DNA from: Bradymonadia bacterium
GTDB taxonomy: Bacteria > Myxococcota_A > Bradymonadia > UBA7976 > UBA1532
Assembly: GCA_046290225.1 (NCBI GenBank)
Contig: JBKAGE010000048.1
Coordinates: forward strand, 1 to 64,000
Length of the DNA stretch: 64,000 bases
Reading direction: 5' to 3'
This document shows positions 1 to 8,953 of the stretch, in pieces; the first letter of the stretch is position 1; every line of letters starts with the position of its first letter. The notes under the pieces are model-generated. The model did not search any database. It saw nothing but the letters and a program-made list of their open reading frames with translations, and was not told where the DNA came from. Made by a program: the position numbers and the translations under genes.

Positions 1-909
1 CTGCTCGCCCAGCTGTGACAGCATCGACTGCGTAATCACCAGCTGACCCACCATGTTCATCAGCGTGTCGATCTTGTGCGTGTCCACCCGGATCGACCGC
101 GTGTCCACCGAGGGGGTTTTGGCGGCTTTCGCCGGGCCCGGGCGCGCCGTCTTCAGGGCCATGGCCTCAGCCGCTGCCAGTGTGGACGCCGTCTCTGCTT
201 CATCGCTCTCTGCGGTGATGGTCAGTTCACAGTCGCCCTCGACCCAGTCGAACACCTCAGCCACCTGCTCACGGGTGATCGCCTCGCCACTGAGGGTGAG
301 GGACCAGGCGAGGTGACAGTCCTCGGGGTTGAGGTCGGACAATGCGGGCAGCTGCTCGGTGTGACTCTCGACCTGAAGATCGCCGAGGGCTTCGAGCTCT
401 CGGAACATGCGCACAGGATCATTCCCCGTTTGCAGCATGTGAGGCAGAGGGCGAAACCAGATGGACCAGCGCGTAGAGGCCTCAACTTCGGGCGGCGTCT
501 CTGACTCGGCGGTATCTCCGGAGGTGCCTGAGAGATATGCTTTGAGGCGTTTGATCAGATCTGCGCTGTGATCAGGTGCGAGTGGCTGCTCGTCTTGATG
601 CGCCGTCACTTGAGAGTCGATGACGTCGACCATCTCGAGGAGCAGGCTCACGCCAGCGTCGTCGATGGTGCGGTTGCCCTCACGGACCTCGTCGAGCAGC
701 GTCTCACCCTCGTGGCTGAGATCAGCCATGTCTGAAAAGCCGAAGGTGGCAGCGCCTCCCTTGATGGAGTGGATCGCCCGAAAGATGGAGTCCACCATCT
801 CTCGATCAGCAGCATGACCCGGTGTCAGGGCCAGCAGGTTGGACTCCATCAACTCGAGGTTCTCTCGAGACTCCTCGAAGAAGGTCTGCAAGAAGAGCGC
901 GATGTCCAT
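1..909 (-). CDS. cheA: Chemotaxis histidine kinase CheA, N-terminal part (runs off the left edge)
   Basis: Not in the ORF track. Manual translation from ATG 909 gives MDIALFLQTFFEESRENLELMESNLLAL...IFRAIHSIKGGAATFGF (Hpt domain with phospho-His). Near position 1 it reads SIRVDTHKIDTLMNMVGQLVITQSML (dimerisation domain). Lies directly downstream of cheY. Confidence 0.93.
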   Translation of the reverse strand, partial: MDIALFLQTFFEESRENLELMESNLLALTPGHAADREMVDSIFRAIHSIKGGAATFGFSDMADLSHEGETLLDEVREGNRTIDDAGVSLLLEMVDVIDSQVTAHQDEQPLAPDHSADLIKRLKAYLSGTSGDTAESETPPEVEASTRWSIWFRPLPHMLQTGNDPVRMFRELEALGDLQVESHTEQLPALSDLNPEDCHLAWSLTLSGEAITREQVAEVFDWVEGDCELTITAESDEAETASTLAAAEAMALKTARPGPAKAAKTPSVDTRSIRVDTHKIDTLMNMVGQLVITQSMLSQLGEQ

Positions 910-954
910 CAGAGACCTCTTCTGTTGATCGCTGTGTTCAAGATGAAGGGGGGC

Positions 955-1317
955 TCAGCCGAGGACTTTCTTCACCGTGGCCAGAAGCTGCTCGGGATCG
1001 AAAGGCTTCACCAACCAGCCTGTAGCGCCAGCGGCTTTACCTTCTTGCTTCTTGTGGCCCGCCGACTCGGTGGTGAGCAGGAGCATGGGGGTGAACTTGA
1101 ACTGGGGCTGGCTCCGCAGAGCCCTCACCAGCGAGATGCCATCCATGCGGGGCATGTTCACGTCGGTGAGCAGCAGATGAAACGCGCTGCTCTTGGCCTT
1201 CTCGAGGGCCTCGTAGCCATCACGGGCTTCGATGACCTCGTGGCCGGCGCTCCTCAAGGTGAAGCTCACCAGCTGTCGGATGGACATGGAGTCGTCTGCG
1301 GTCAAGATGGTGGCCAT
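955..1317 (-). CDS. cheY: Chemotaxis response regulator CheY
   Basis: Single receiver domain MATILTADDS...LLTDVNMPRMDG...LLTTES...GATGWLVKPF, 120 aa from ATG 1317 (the track ORF is N-terminally extended). Confidence 0.93.
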   Translation of the reverse strand: MATILTADDSMSIRQLVSFTLRSAGHEVIEARDGYEALEKAKSSAFHLLLTDVNMPRMDGISLVRALRSQPQFKFTPMLLLTTESAGHKKQEGKAAGATGWLVKPFDPEQLLATVKKVLG

Positions 1318-1319
1318 CT

Positions 1320-1670
1320 TCAGTTCTCCGTCGATGGGTCTGTCGGCGCATCTGCGTGTACCTGATCGACACCGAGGGCTGTGGAGAGACCCAACAGTCT
1401 GCTGGCTTCGCGCAGAGCCTCGGAGGGATCTCGCCAATGCCAGCGACACTGGTGCCCTCGGGCATCCTGGGCGAAGGTCACGAGCAGTTGCAGGATTGCG
1501 GCGTCGATGTGGCTGATACGCTGACCGTCGAGGATGACCAGGCGATCGTCACCCAATGCCTCGCGCAGCTGATCATGGATCGCACCAGCATGCTGAATGG
1601 TCACTCGATCATCGAAAATGATCTCGACCGCATCACTGGACGCAGAGGTCCCCCCAGCCATCATCTCCAC
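1320..1670 (-). CDS. STAS-domain (anti-sigma-factor antagonist-like) protein of the che operon
   Basis: VTIQHAGAIHDQL...VILDGQRISHIDAAILQLL...LREASRLLGL is a STAS-type pattern; the position upstream of cheY-cheA is typical. Confidence 0.8.
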   Translation of the reverse strand: MEMMAGGTSASSDAVEIIFDDRVTIQHAGAIHDQLREALGDDRLVILDGQRISHIDAAILQLLVTFAQDARGHQCRWHWRDPSEALREASRLLGLSTALGVDQVHADAPTDPSTEN

Positions 1671-1696
1671 CTTCTACATTCATGGTCTGATGGAGT

Positions 1697-1724
1697 GGTT
1701 CGGCAGCATTCATCTATGGCTTTA
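1697..1724 (-). promoter_or_regulatory. Candidate sigma28 (FliA/SigD)-type promoter for the che operon
   Basis: Minus strand reads TAAA-N16-GCCGAACC, close to consensus TAAA-N15/16-GCCGATAA, about 27 nt upstream of the STAS ORF; AT-rich DNA lies upstream. Confidence 0.4.
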
Positions 1725-1842
1725 GCCTCTAGGTGTGGCCTGCTTCATATTGATTTAGCTGGGTTTTTTAATGTGTTGTCTGGGGCAATGAATGGGCTGG
1801 GGATAGAGGGGGCTCATATGAGGTCACTGTTCAGTCAGAGAC

Positions 1843-3276
1843 CTATCGAGAGAGGGTGAAATACAGACGACGGCCCTTTCGAGAGACGAACAGTCGGGCG
1901 ATCTCACCTGGTTCGAGCCCGTCGAGCTGACGGGCGATACTCTGAGGTGACATCACTTTTTTCCCATTGAGCTTCAGGATGATGTCGCCGGCCCTCAAGC
2001 CTTCTTCGTCGGCGCTGCTGCCGGGGTCGACTCGGCTGATTTGTGCACCGCCATCTCCATTGGCGGCACCTTCTGGCTGCTCGAGGGTCAGCCCCACTGC
2101 AGGTGCGACCGCGCGGCCTCGAGGACGAGGTGAGCGACGATCGCGGCTCATGGAGACCTTCGAGTCTTCTCCAGGCATGCGGGCGAGGGTGAGCTTCACC
2201 TCGGTCTTGCGTCGCTCGCGCATCACCTCGAGGGTGACTGTGCGGCCGACCCCCGCAACGCTGGCGAGCCAGGGCAGATCGTCGTGGCGGCGAATCTGGG
2301 CCCCATCGAACTCCAGGATGATGTCGCCGGTCTGCAGCCCGGCTTTATCTGCAGGGCTGCCAGGGCTCACACCTGCCACCAGGGCGCCACGGGGCCGATC
2401 GAGGCCGAAGGAGCGGGCCAGCTTGTCGGTGACCGCTTGAATCTCGATGCCGATCCACGAGCGTGAGACCTTGCCATCAGCCTCGAGATCCGGGAGCAGC
2501 TTCTTCACCATGTTGATGGGGATCGCGAAGCCGATGCCCTGCCCCTGAGCGCTGATGGCGGTGTTGATCCCCACCACCTCGCCGCGGATGTTGAAGAGAG
2601 GCCCACCAGAGTTGCCCGGGTTGATGCTGGCGTCGGTCTGGATGAAGTTGGCATAGCGCAGGCGCCCGTCTGGGCGCACGCCGCGGCGCTCCTTGGCGCT
2701 CACGATGCCCGAGGTCACCGTGTGTGACAGCCCCAGGGGGTTGCCGATGGCCACCACCCACTCGCCGATCTCGAGGGCGTGACTGTCACCGAGAGGCACC
2801 ACCGGCACCTGCTTGCCCGGGGGCAGTTCGATCTTCAGCAACGCCACGTCCGTCGCTGGATCGGTCCCCACCACGCTGGCTTTGTAGTGGGCGCCGTCCT
2901 GGAAATGCACCGAGATCGAGCGGGCACCTTCCACCACGTGGTTGTTGCTGAGCATGTAGCCATCTTTGCGGATGACGAAGCCGGATCCGGCGCCGACGCC
3001 TCGGCGTTCAGGTGCGCCAGGGCCTTCAAAGAACCAGTCCGGGATGTTGCCGCGGCCACGGGCGGCGTTGACGATCTCGGTCTCCACCGAGACCACGGCA
3101 GGGGCGGCTTTGCGGGCGAGCTTGCTGAAGGCGTCGAAGGTGACAGGAGAGTCAGGTCGGATGCCTGTCTCCAGAGCACCCTCAGTCCACAGTCTCTGTG
3201 CCGAGGCGGGGTTCAGGCACAGGGTGAGCGCCACACACGCAAGTGGCATGGTGAGCGCCCGAGAAGAGATGCGCAT
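1843..3276 (-). CDS. degP: DegP/DegQ (HtrA/Do family) periplasmic serine protease with two PDZ domains
   Basis: Signal peptide; GSGFVI, NNHVV (His), TDVALLK (Asp), IQTDASINPGNSGGPL (Ser); two PDZ domains (SPADKAGLQTGDII, SSADEEGLRAGDII). Confidence 0.93.
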   Translation of the reverse strand: MRISSRALTMPLACVALTLCLNPASAQRLWTEGALETGIRPDSPVTFDAFSKLARKAAPAVVSVETEIVNAARGRGNIPDWFFEGPGAPERRGVGAGSGFVIRKDGYMLSNNHVVEGARSISVHFQDGAHYKASVVGTDPATDVALLKIELPPGKQVPVVPLGDSHALEIGEWVVAIGNPLGLSHTVTSGIVSAKERRGVRPDGRLRYANFIQTDASINPGNSGGPLFNIRGEVVGINTAISAQGQGIGFAIPINMVKKLLPDLEADGKVSRSWIGIEIQAVTDKLARSFGLDRPRGALVAGVSPGSPADKAGLQTGDIILEFDGAQIRRHDDLPWLASVAGVGRTVTLEVMRERRKTEVKLTLARMPGEDSKVSMSRDRRSPRPRGRAVAPAVGLTLEQPEGAANGDGGAQISRVDPGSSADEEGLRAGDIILKLNGKKVMSPQSIARQLDGLEPGEIARLFVSRKGRRLYFTLSR

Positions 3277-3409
3277 GAGTGTCCTCCTGAGGTGAGTCGC
3301 ATGGGAGGCAACCGCGCGGGCTGTTCAGATATTCTGCGCGTGTGACAGCACACCAGAGGCAGGTGCAGAGCATCGGGCCCGAGGCAGGCGTCTCAGCACG
3401 GAAATTTCG

Positions 3410-3526
3410 GCGACTGAATCAGCGCGAGCGCGACTGAATCAGCGCGAGCGCGACTGAATCAGCGCGAGCGCGACTGAATCAGCGCGAGCGCGACTGAATC
3501 AGCGCGAGCGCGACTGAATCAGCGCG
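3410..3526. repeat. Perfect 20-bp tandem repeat (CGACTGAATCAGCGCGAGCG) x ~5.8
   Basis: Units start at 3411, 3431, 3451, 3471 and 3491, with a partial unit at 3511; no spacers. The unit copies the last codons and stop of ORF 3499..3786. Confidence 0.97.
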
Positions 3527-3786
3527 TCGAGGCTGGCCTCGTCATCGTGGGTCAGCTCTTCCATCGGCGGCCCTTTGGGCACAGTCCGGGGGGCCACCTG
3601 CCGTGCGGTGCTCATGAGCGGGGCCATGGCGGCACCTCGAGCGTTGCGGCTGTGTGCCTGGGCGTCACCCTGCTTGAAAGACTGCGCGAGCAGGCCGAAG
3701 GCGGTGGTGCCTGCGTCGTTCACGGGGACTGTGAAGAAAGCGAAGAGAGCCCCGAGCACGGCAACACTGACAAGTATGCGTTTCAT
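3499..3786 (-). CDS. Small hypothetical secreted/membrane-anchored protein
   Basis: AGGAGG Shine-Dalgarno before the ATG; hydrophobic N-terminus MKRILVSVAVLGALFAFF. Confidence 0.7.
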   Translation of the reverse strand: MKRILVSVAVLGALFAFFTVPVNDAGTTAFGLLAQSFKQGDAQAHSRNARGAAMAPLMSTARQVAPRTVPKGPPMEELTHDDEASLDALIQSRSR

Positions 3787-4097
3787 TGGGGAATCCTCCT
3801 TGATAACCCAGCTGCGAGGGGAACGCTATTTTGCGCCTCTTTTTTTCTCGCTTCAAGAGGCACGGCAGCGGCTGAGCCGCTGAAGCTGCCTCGACAATGC
3901 ACACATCCTTCCTCCAGAGGGGTCTCCGAGAATGAAGGTTTATGTGCCACATGTGTGGTGATGTTAGACGTGTAGGCGTTTGGGCGCAAAAAACCTGTTC
4001 GATGAGATCATCGGCGCAGCGTCAGCGACAGTTGACAGGCTGTGAGAGTCAGGGGAGGTGAGGCAGGCTCAGAGGTCCGCTGTTTTGTGAGGACCTC

Positions 4098-6653
4098 CTA
4101 TGGCGCTCGGGGCAGGTCGATGTTGGGATCAGCCCAGGGCAACGGCCTTCGATGGGGGCATCCGCCTTCGAAGATGAGGGTGCAGGCGGTGTTGTAGACG
4201 AGATCACCCGCCTCAGCGCTCGCTGAGCGCCACAAGCCCGTGGCGTTGGGGTGCTCCCGCATGACCAGCGGCACGACACCGCCGATGATCATGTCAGGCC
4301 CCTCGTCGAGGGTGAGTGTGTCTCCTCGGGTGATGCCGCGGACGCCGAAGTCTGCTTCGAGCGTAAAGGCTCGGCCCTCGCCGAGGCGGCGCATCATCTG
4401 GCCTTCGAGGAGATCACCCATCTGCGGGATCAAACGCCACGGCCTGGCTCGGCGCGTGGCGGGCTCTGGTGGATCGATCAACCACAGGGTGTGGCCACCG
4501 GGCAGATCGGCCAGGCGCGTCTCCTGGGCATCGAGGGTCACCGTCACCAGCTCGCCGAGGGTCAGCCCTTCCTGACAGGGATAGGCGTCGTTGCACAGCT
4601 CGATGGCCGCTACGGCGTCGTCTTCGACATATTGTCGTAGAGGGTCGAGCTGCCCTTCGAACAGGTTGGGGGCCTCTGCGGCAGGGAGCAGAGCGCCGAT
4701 GCCGCCATCTGTATGCCCCACCAGCCAGGTTTGAGGGCCCTCGAGACCCACGATGGCCTCGAAACGCTGAGGGTTGGCCGGGGCGATGGGGGTGATCGGC
4801 GTGCCGTCAGTGCTCAAGCGTACGAGATCCTGGTCGGCGTCATCAGGCACGCCATCTGTGTCGATGTCGGTGAGCTCAGGCTGATCGCCGAAACGCATCG
4901 AGCCTTCTCCACGGCCTTGAGCAAATGCACCAGAGGGCCCGCCGGGCAGCGTGACCAGGGTCAGGGGCCCCAACCTCACATGGTCGAGTCGGTATCGCAG
5001 ACAGCCCAGGCCACCACATGCCGGAGTCGTGCGGGGGCCGACCCAGCGCTGGGTGGTCCGCCGCCCGGAGAGCCAGTCGCCGAAGTCGGGGAGCAGTCCC
5101 AATCGAGCGGCGATGCCCAGGCGCGGGTTGCCCACTGGCAGCCAGACGTATCGCTGGGTGAGCTGCATCTCGGCGATGGGTTGGGCGTCTTCGGAGAGGG
5201 CCCCTCGTGCTGCGCCGACGAGGAGGTCGCTCAGCGCCTGCAGGCGATCCGCTGCCGGGACGGGGGCGGCGAGGTCGAGAGTCTCGACGATCTGGCCCTC
5301 GGCATCGAGATAGCGCCCCATCTCGTCGAGTTGAGGGATCTCGACCTGGTCATCGGTGCGCACTGATGCGCCGGTGGCGCCAGAGAGCCATATCCCCACA
5401 GTGCCGGGCCAGGTGGACTCTACAGCGGCTCTCGTCCAGCTGGGCAGCCCGCCGGAGAGGGCGAGATCGTCAGCGCCGAGGGTCGAGGTGGTGCCCCAGA
5501 GGAGCAGGTGAGCGATGGGGGTGTCGTCCTGCCCTTCGAGGGCCAGGGCCCTGAGCGTGTGATCCCGGGCTGCGGGCCATCGCAGATCTCGTGAGAGCCA
5601 TCGACGGGCGCTGCGATCAGCGCTGCGATCGCGGGCTGTGTTGGGCTGAGCGTCTTCATCGACGTCGGCGAGCATGAGTGGGCCATCGACCACTGGATCC
5701 GGTGCCATGGGCAAGGCCGCTGTACCCCACCGCAGATGGGCGGGGCGCAAGCGGCGGCCGGCCTCGAGCACGGCGGCTGCACACCGGGCCTCGACGCTGG
5801 CCCACCAGCGGGGGTCCACGCCCGAAGCAAAAGGCAGATCGTCGAGCAGGGGGAAGGGCCCTGCCTCGCGGAGCACCTCGGCCCAGGGGGCGTCGACCAC
5901 CTCGAGAGAGGGGCCATTGAGGCCGAGGGCATCCGGGCCGCTCAGGGTGCCTGTGCTGTGGATGGCGATGTGCGCCTCGGGCACGCCGAGGCGCACCCTC
6001 AGGTGCTGGCTCAGGCGGGCGAGGCGGCCAGGGGCGATGTCGCCTGTGTCGAGAGTGATGAGCACCCACATCACTGCGCCCTGGCTGAGGATGAGCACTC
6101 TGCCTTGTGGCGGATGATCGAGATCGATGCTGCGGGCCGGCGCGTCAAGGCCTCGAGCGGTCCACACCGCATCGAAGAGGCCATCGCCGTCGACATCTTC
6201 AAAGCCGTCAGCGCAATCATCGAAGGGCTCAGGGCGCGTGGTACGACCATCAAAGATGCCCGGGCGGTTGCCCGGGCAATCCGGGCCAGCGCGATCGGTC
6301 CACGGCTCGATGTAGTCGGGGACCAGCTCGAAGGCCGAGGCCGCGGCGCGGAACACCCCATCGTCTGGTGGCGCGAAGACGGGGGCCTCTGGTGCTGGGG
6401 TGCATACCCCCTCGTTGCACCAGGAGAGCACACCACAGTCACCATCGACGACACATTGAGGGGCCTCGGCGTCGGCCACTTCGGCATCTGCTGGTGGCTG
6501 TATCTCGGCGTCGACGATCGATGCATCGATCATGGCGTCGACCACCAGGGCGTCGGGATCATCAGGGGTGATGGTGCGGGTGCTGTTGTCGCAGCCGAAG
6601 AGCCAGAGGCCGATCAGCGCGACGGCGCCTGCGCGGGCACCTCGGGGCATCAC
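4098..6653 (-). CDS. Large lipoprotein with a degenerate neutral/alkaline ceramidase-like domain
   Basis: Lipobox LFG-C; acidic linker; Cys-rich CVVDGDC...C...C; DxDGDG repeats; HSTGTLSGPD resembles the ceramidase THTHSGP motif; start overlaps the upstream stop. Confidence 0.6.
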   Translation of the reverse strand: MMPRGARAGAVALIGLWLFGCDNSTRTITPDDPDALVVDAMIDASIVDAEIQPPADAEVADAEAPQCVVDGDCGVLSWCNEGVCTPAPEAPVFAPPDDGVFRAAASAFELVPDYIEPWTDRAGPDCPGNRPGIFDGRTTRPEPFDDCADGFEDVDGDGLFDAVWTARGLDAPARSIDLDHPPQGRVLILSQGAVMWVLITLDTGDIAPGRLARLSQHLRVRLGVPEAHIAIHSTGTLSGPDALGLNGPSLEVVDAPWAEVLREAGPFPLLDDLPFASGVDPRWWASVEARCAAAVLEAGRRLRPAHLRWGTAALPMAPDPVVDGPLMLADVDEDAQPNTARDRSADRSARRWLSRDLRWPAARDHTLRALALEGQDDTPIAHLLLWGTTSTLGADDLALSGGLPSWTRAAVESTWPGTVGIWLSGATGASVRTDDQVEIPQLDEMGRYLDAEGQIVETLDLAAPVPAADRLQALSDLLVGAARGALSEDAQPIAEMQLTQRYVWLPVGNPRLGIAARLGLLPDFGDWLSGRRTTQRWVGPRTTPACGGLGCLRYRLDHVRLGPLTLVTLPGGPSGAFAQGRGEGSMRFGDQPELTDIDTDGVPDDADQDLVRLSTDGTPITPIAPANPQRFEAIVGLEGPQTWLVGHTDGGIGALLPAAEAPNLFEGQLDPLRQYVEDDAVAAIELCNDAYPCQEGLTLGELVTVTLDAQETRLADLPGGHTLWLIDPPEPATRRARPWRLIPQMGDLLEGQMMRRLGEGRAFTLEADFGVRGITRGDTLTLDEGPDMIIGGVVPLVMREHPNATGLWRSASAEAGDLVYNTACTLIFEGGCPHRRPLPWADPNIDLPRAP

Positions 6654-7342
6654 GGATCTCCCTGTGCCGGGAGCACCAGCAACGTCATCGGGTGAGTGAC
6701 AGGCTCTGGGATCTCCTCGTCACGTGCGCTCACCGTCACCGGGAACACCCGCTGACGGATCGTCTGCGAAGGCGTTGGGGCCCATCGGAGGCGCACCGCT
6801 TTTTCGTAGGCTTCCATCTGCATGCCTTCAGGGGCCTCCACCAGCTCGAAGGTCAAGGCCACATCGTCGTCGTCGCGGACCGTCAGCAAGACGTCCCACT
6901 CTGCCTGGGCGGCGGTGTCTAGCACAAAAGCGGTGGGTGATGTGAACGTTGGCCGCGTTTGCCCTGGCAACACCGTCACCACCATCCGGGCCGTGCTCTG
7001 GGCGCCGCCATCATCTTCTGCCGTGAAGGTGATGGGGTGGAGGCGTCCACCGGCCTGGGCTTCAGAGGCCACCGGTGACCACGTGAAGACAGGGGGATCG
7101 AGATCGAGATCGAAACGAGCCCCTGAAGGCAGCCCGCGCACCCCATAGGTGATCGAGCCGCCGTCGCGGTCGAAGGCGGTCACGGGCACACGGAGGATCT
7201 CGCCCACGGTGACCACGGGATCATCCAGAGGCTCGAAGACCGGGGCGCGATTACTGGTGCAGCCGATGAGGCTCGAAGCGGCCAGGAGCGCGGTGAGCAG
7301 GGCGGCTGCGAGCAGAGGTGGTGTGCAAGGCTGGTGATGCAT
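6650..7342 (-). CDS. Lipoprotein with two Ig/cadherin-like (putative Ig) domains
   Basis: Lipobox LIG-C, then NRAPVF...VTAFDRDG...GLPSGARFD...FTWSP...ITFTAED and a second similar repeat. Start uncertain (7342 or 7366). Confidence 0.7.
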   Translation of the reverse strand: MHHQPCTPPLLAAALLTALLAASSLIGCTSNRAPVFEPLDDPVVTVGEILRVPVTAFDRDGGSITYGVRGLPSGARFDLDLDPPVFTWSPVASEAQAGGRLHPITFTAEDDGGAQSTARMVVTVLPGQTRPTFTSPTAFVLDTAAQAEWDVLLTVRDDDDVALTFELVEAPEGMQMEAYEKAVRLRWAPTPSQTIRQRVFPVTVSARDEEIPEPVTHPMTLLVLPAQGDP

Positions 7343-7397
7343 CGAGTCGGTGTTATACCTGTTCAACGTGAAGATGATGGTACCCTCCCTGGCCGAG

Positions 7398-8675
7398 ATG
7401 ATTCACCTCCCCCGAACACACGATCGCATATCGCCCCAGGCGCGGCCCTGGCCATGGCTGATCATGTGCGTGCTCTGGCCTGTGCTGAGCTGGGGTCAGG
7501 ACCGCCCTGAGGTACCGCTCACCGAGAGCCTCACCGCCACAGTGATCGCCCCCGACGTGCTGGGCCCGGTGCTGGGCCCCGCGGGGGCCGGTAAGGGAGA
7601 TCTGGCGGTCACAGGCTTCACCTTTGGCCCCCACAATGGCCGAGGCTCACGGAATTTCTGGGCCAAGGTGCAGATCGATCGCCCTGGCACCGAAGCCAAG
7701 GTGCTCTACGTCGATCCGGGTCTGGCACTCCTGGGCCCGAAGGGCGCCGTCTTCGTGCCGGTGCCCCACCAGCGATCCCTGCTGATTCTGCCCAGCCAGG
7801 TCACGAACATCGAGCTCCTGCCGCTCTACCCGGATCGTCCGCTGCCCCCTGAAGGCGCGCCTCTGCAAGCGGCCCGGGTGATGGACCAGGGCGTGATGGC
7901 CTTGTTGTCGTTGGTGGTGCGCATCGAGGGAGACGACATCAAGCAGCTTAAGCGCTACGTCTCCGAGCAGGGGGGCGTGCCCGAGGTGGATACGATCGTC
8001 GACAACCGCGATGTCGAGCTGGCCCGCTGGATGCGGTGGGATCGATCCCCCACCGGCGAGCTGAGGGGGCGGCTGTCCCGCGACGCGATCCGCTTCGCCC
8101 TGCACGCCCTCACCGCGGGCATCACGATTCAGGAGATGTGCGACTGGCTGCGGGTGAACCGCAAGCTCGATCTCAACCCCGGCGCCGAGCAGGCGTGGCG
8201 GGTGTCGCGGCCGGTGGAGTACCTGCTGGAGCGGTCGGGCATGAACTACCGCGTCTTCAGCCCCCGCTACGCCGACTTTCACTACAACCAGGGCATCAAA
8301 GCGTTCCTGGCGAAAGATCTCCCCGACGCCGAGAAGCACTTCAAGGCCGCCGTGGGTCTGAAGAGCGACTTCGCCGACGCCCAGTACAACCTGGGGGTGG
8401 TCTACTACCGTCAGGGCGACTTCAAGCGATCTCAGGCGGCGTTCCTGGTGGCTTCGGGCATGAGCGCCCCCACCGCCGACGTGTTCTACAACCGCGGGGC
8501 GGCGTTGTTCCGCCTCGGCGACAAGCTCGCCGCGGCCCGGGCCTTCCGAGAGGCCCTGAAGCTGTCTCCGAACCACGCCCTGGCCAGCGACTGGCTCAAG
8601 AAGGCCGATCCCGAGGGCAAGACCGCGCCCAAGAAGCCGAAGCGTCGCAAGCGCCGCCGAAGGAGGCGCCGATGA
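7398..8675 (+). CDS. Secreted tetratricopeptide-repeat protein with a poly-basic C-terminus
   Basis: C-terminal TPRs (YNQGIKAF, AQYNLGVVYY, FYNRGAALF); tail KKPKRRKRRRRRR; start uncertain. Confidence 0.75.
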   Translation: MIHLPRTHDRISPQARPWPWLIMCVLWPVLSWGQDRPEVPLTESLTATVIAPDVLGPVLGPAGAGKGDLAVTGFTFGPHNGRGSRNFWAKVQIDRPGTEAKVLYVDPGLALLGPKGAVFVPVPHQRSLLILPSQVTNIELLPLYPDRPLPPEGAPLQAARVMDQGVMALLSLVVRIEGDDIKQLKRYVSEQGGVPEVDTIVDNRDVELARWMRWDRSPTGELRGRLSRDAIRFALHALTAGITIQEMCDWLRVNRKLDLNPGAEQAWRVSRPVEYLLERSGMNYRVFSPRYADFHYNQGIKAFLAKDLPDAEKHFKAAVGLKSDFADAQYNLGVVYYRQGDFKRSQAAFLVASGMSAPTADVFYNRGAALFRLGDKLAAARAFREALKLSPNHALASDWLKKADPEGKTAPKKPKRRKRRRRRRR

Positions 8676-8953
8676 GGTATGGGTTCAAGTGTGGGCTGGC
8701 CCTCGCGGGCCTGATGGGCATGGCCTCGATGGGCATGGGCTGTGGGCCTCGGCAGGCTCAGGTGATCCGTCGCATCGAGCCGCCGCCACCGTCGACTCAG
8801 GGCCCGCCGCCGAGCGCTGAAGAGACCCGCGGCGAGGTGCCCCCGCTCAAGCCCATCGTGGGCCCTAAGGTGCTGGTGCCCGCGAAGCTCACCACGCCGG
8901 CAGATGCACCAGACGAGGTGCCCGCTACTCTTCCAGATCGAGGATCAAGCTGA
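8672..8953 (+). CDS. Small Pro-rich putative lipoprotein
   Basis: ATGA overlap with the TPR gene stop; MRYGFKCGLALAGLMGMASMGMG-C signal/lipobox; Pro-rich body. Confidence 0.55.
   Translation: MRYGFKCGLALAGLMGMASMGMGCGPRQAQVIRRIEPPPPSTQGPPPSAEETRGEVPPLKPIVGPKVLVPAKLTTPADAPDEVPATLPDRGSS

Noticed and set aside
3410..3526. Possible CRISPR array
   Set aside because: Repeats are directly adjacent with no unique spacers, and no cas genes are present.
8630..8675. Poly-Arg/Lys tail as a nuclear-localisation or effector signal
   Set aside because: Basic low-complexity tails are common in GC-rich bacteria, and no secretion-system context supports it.
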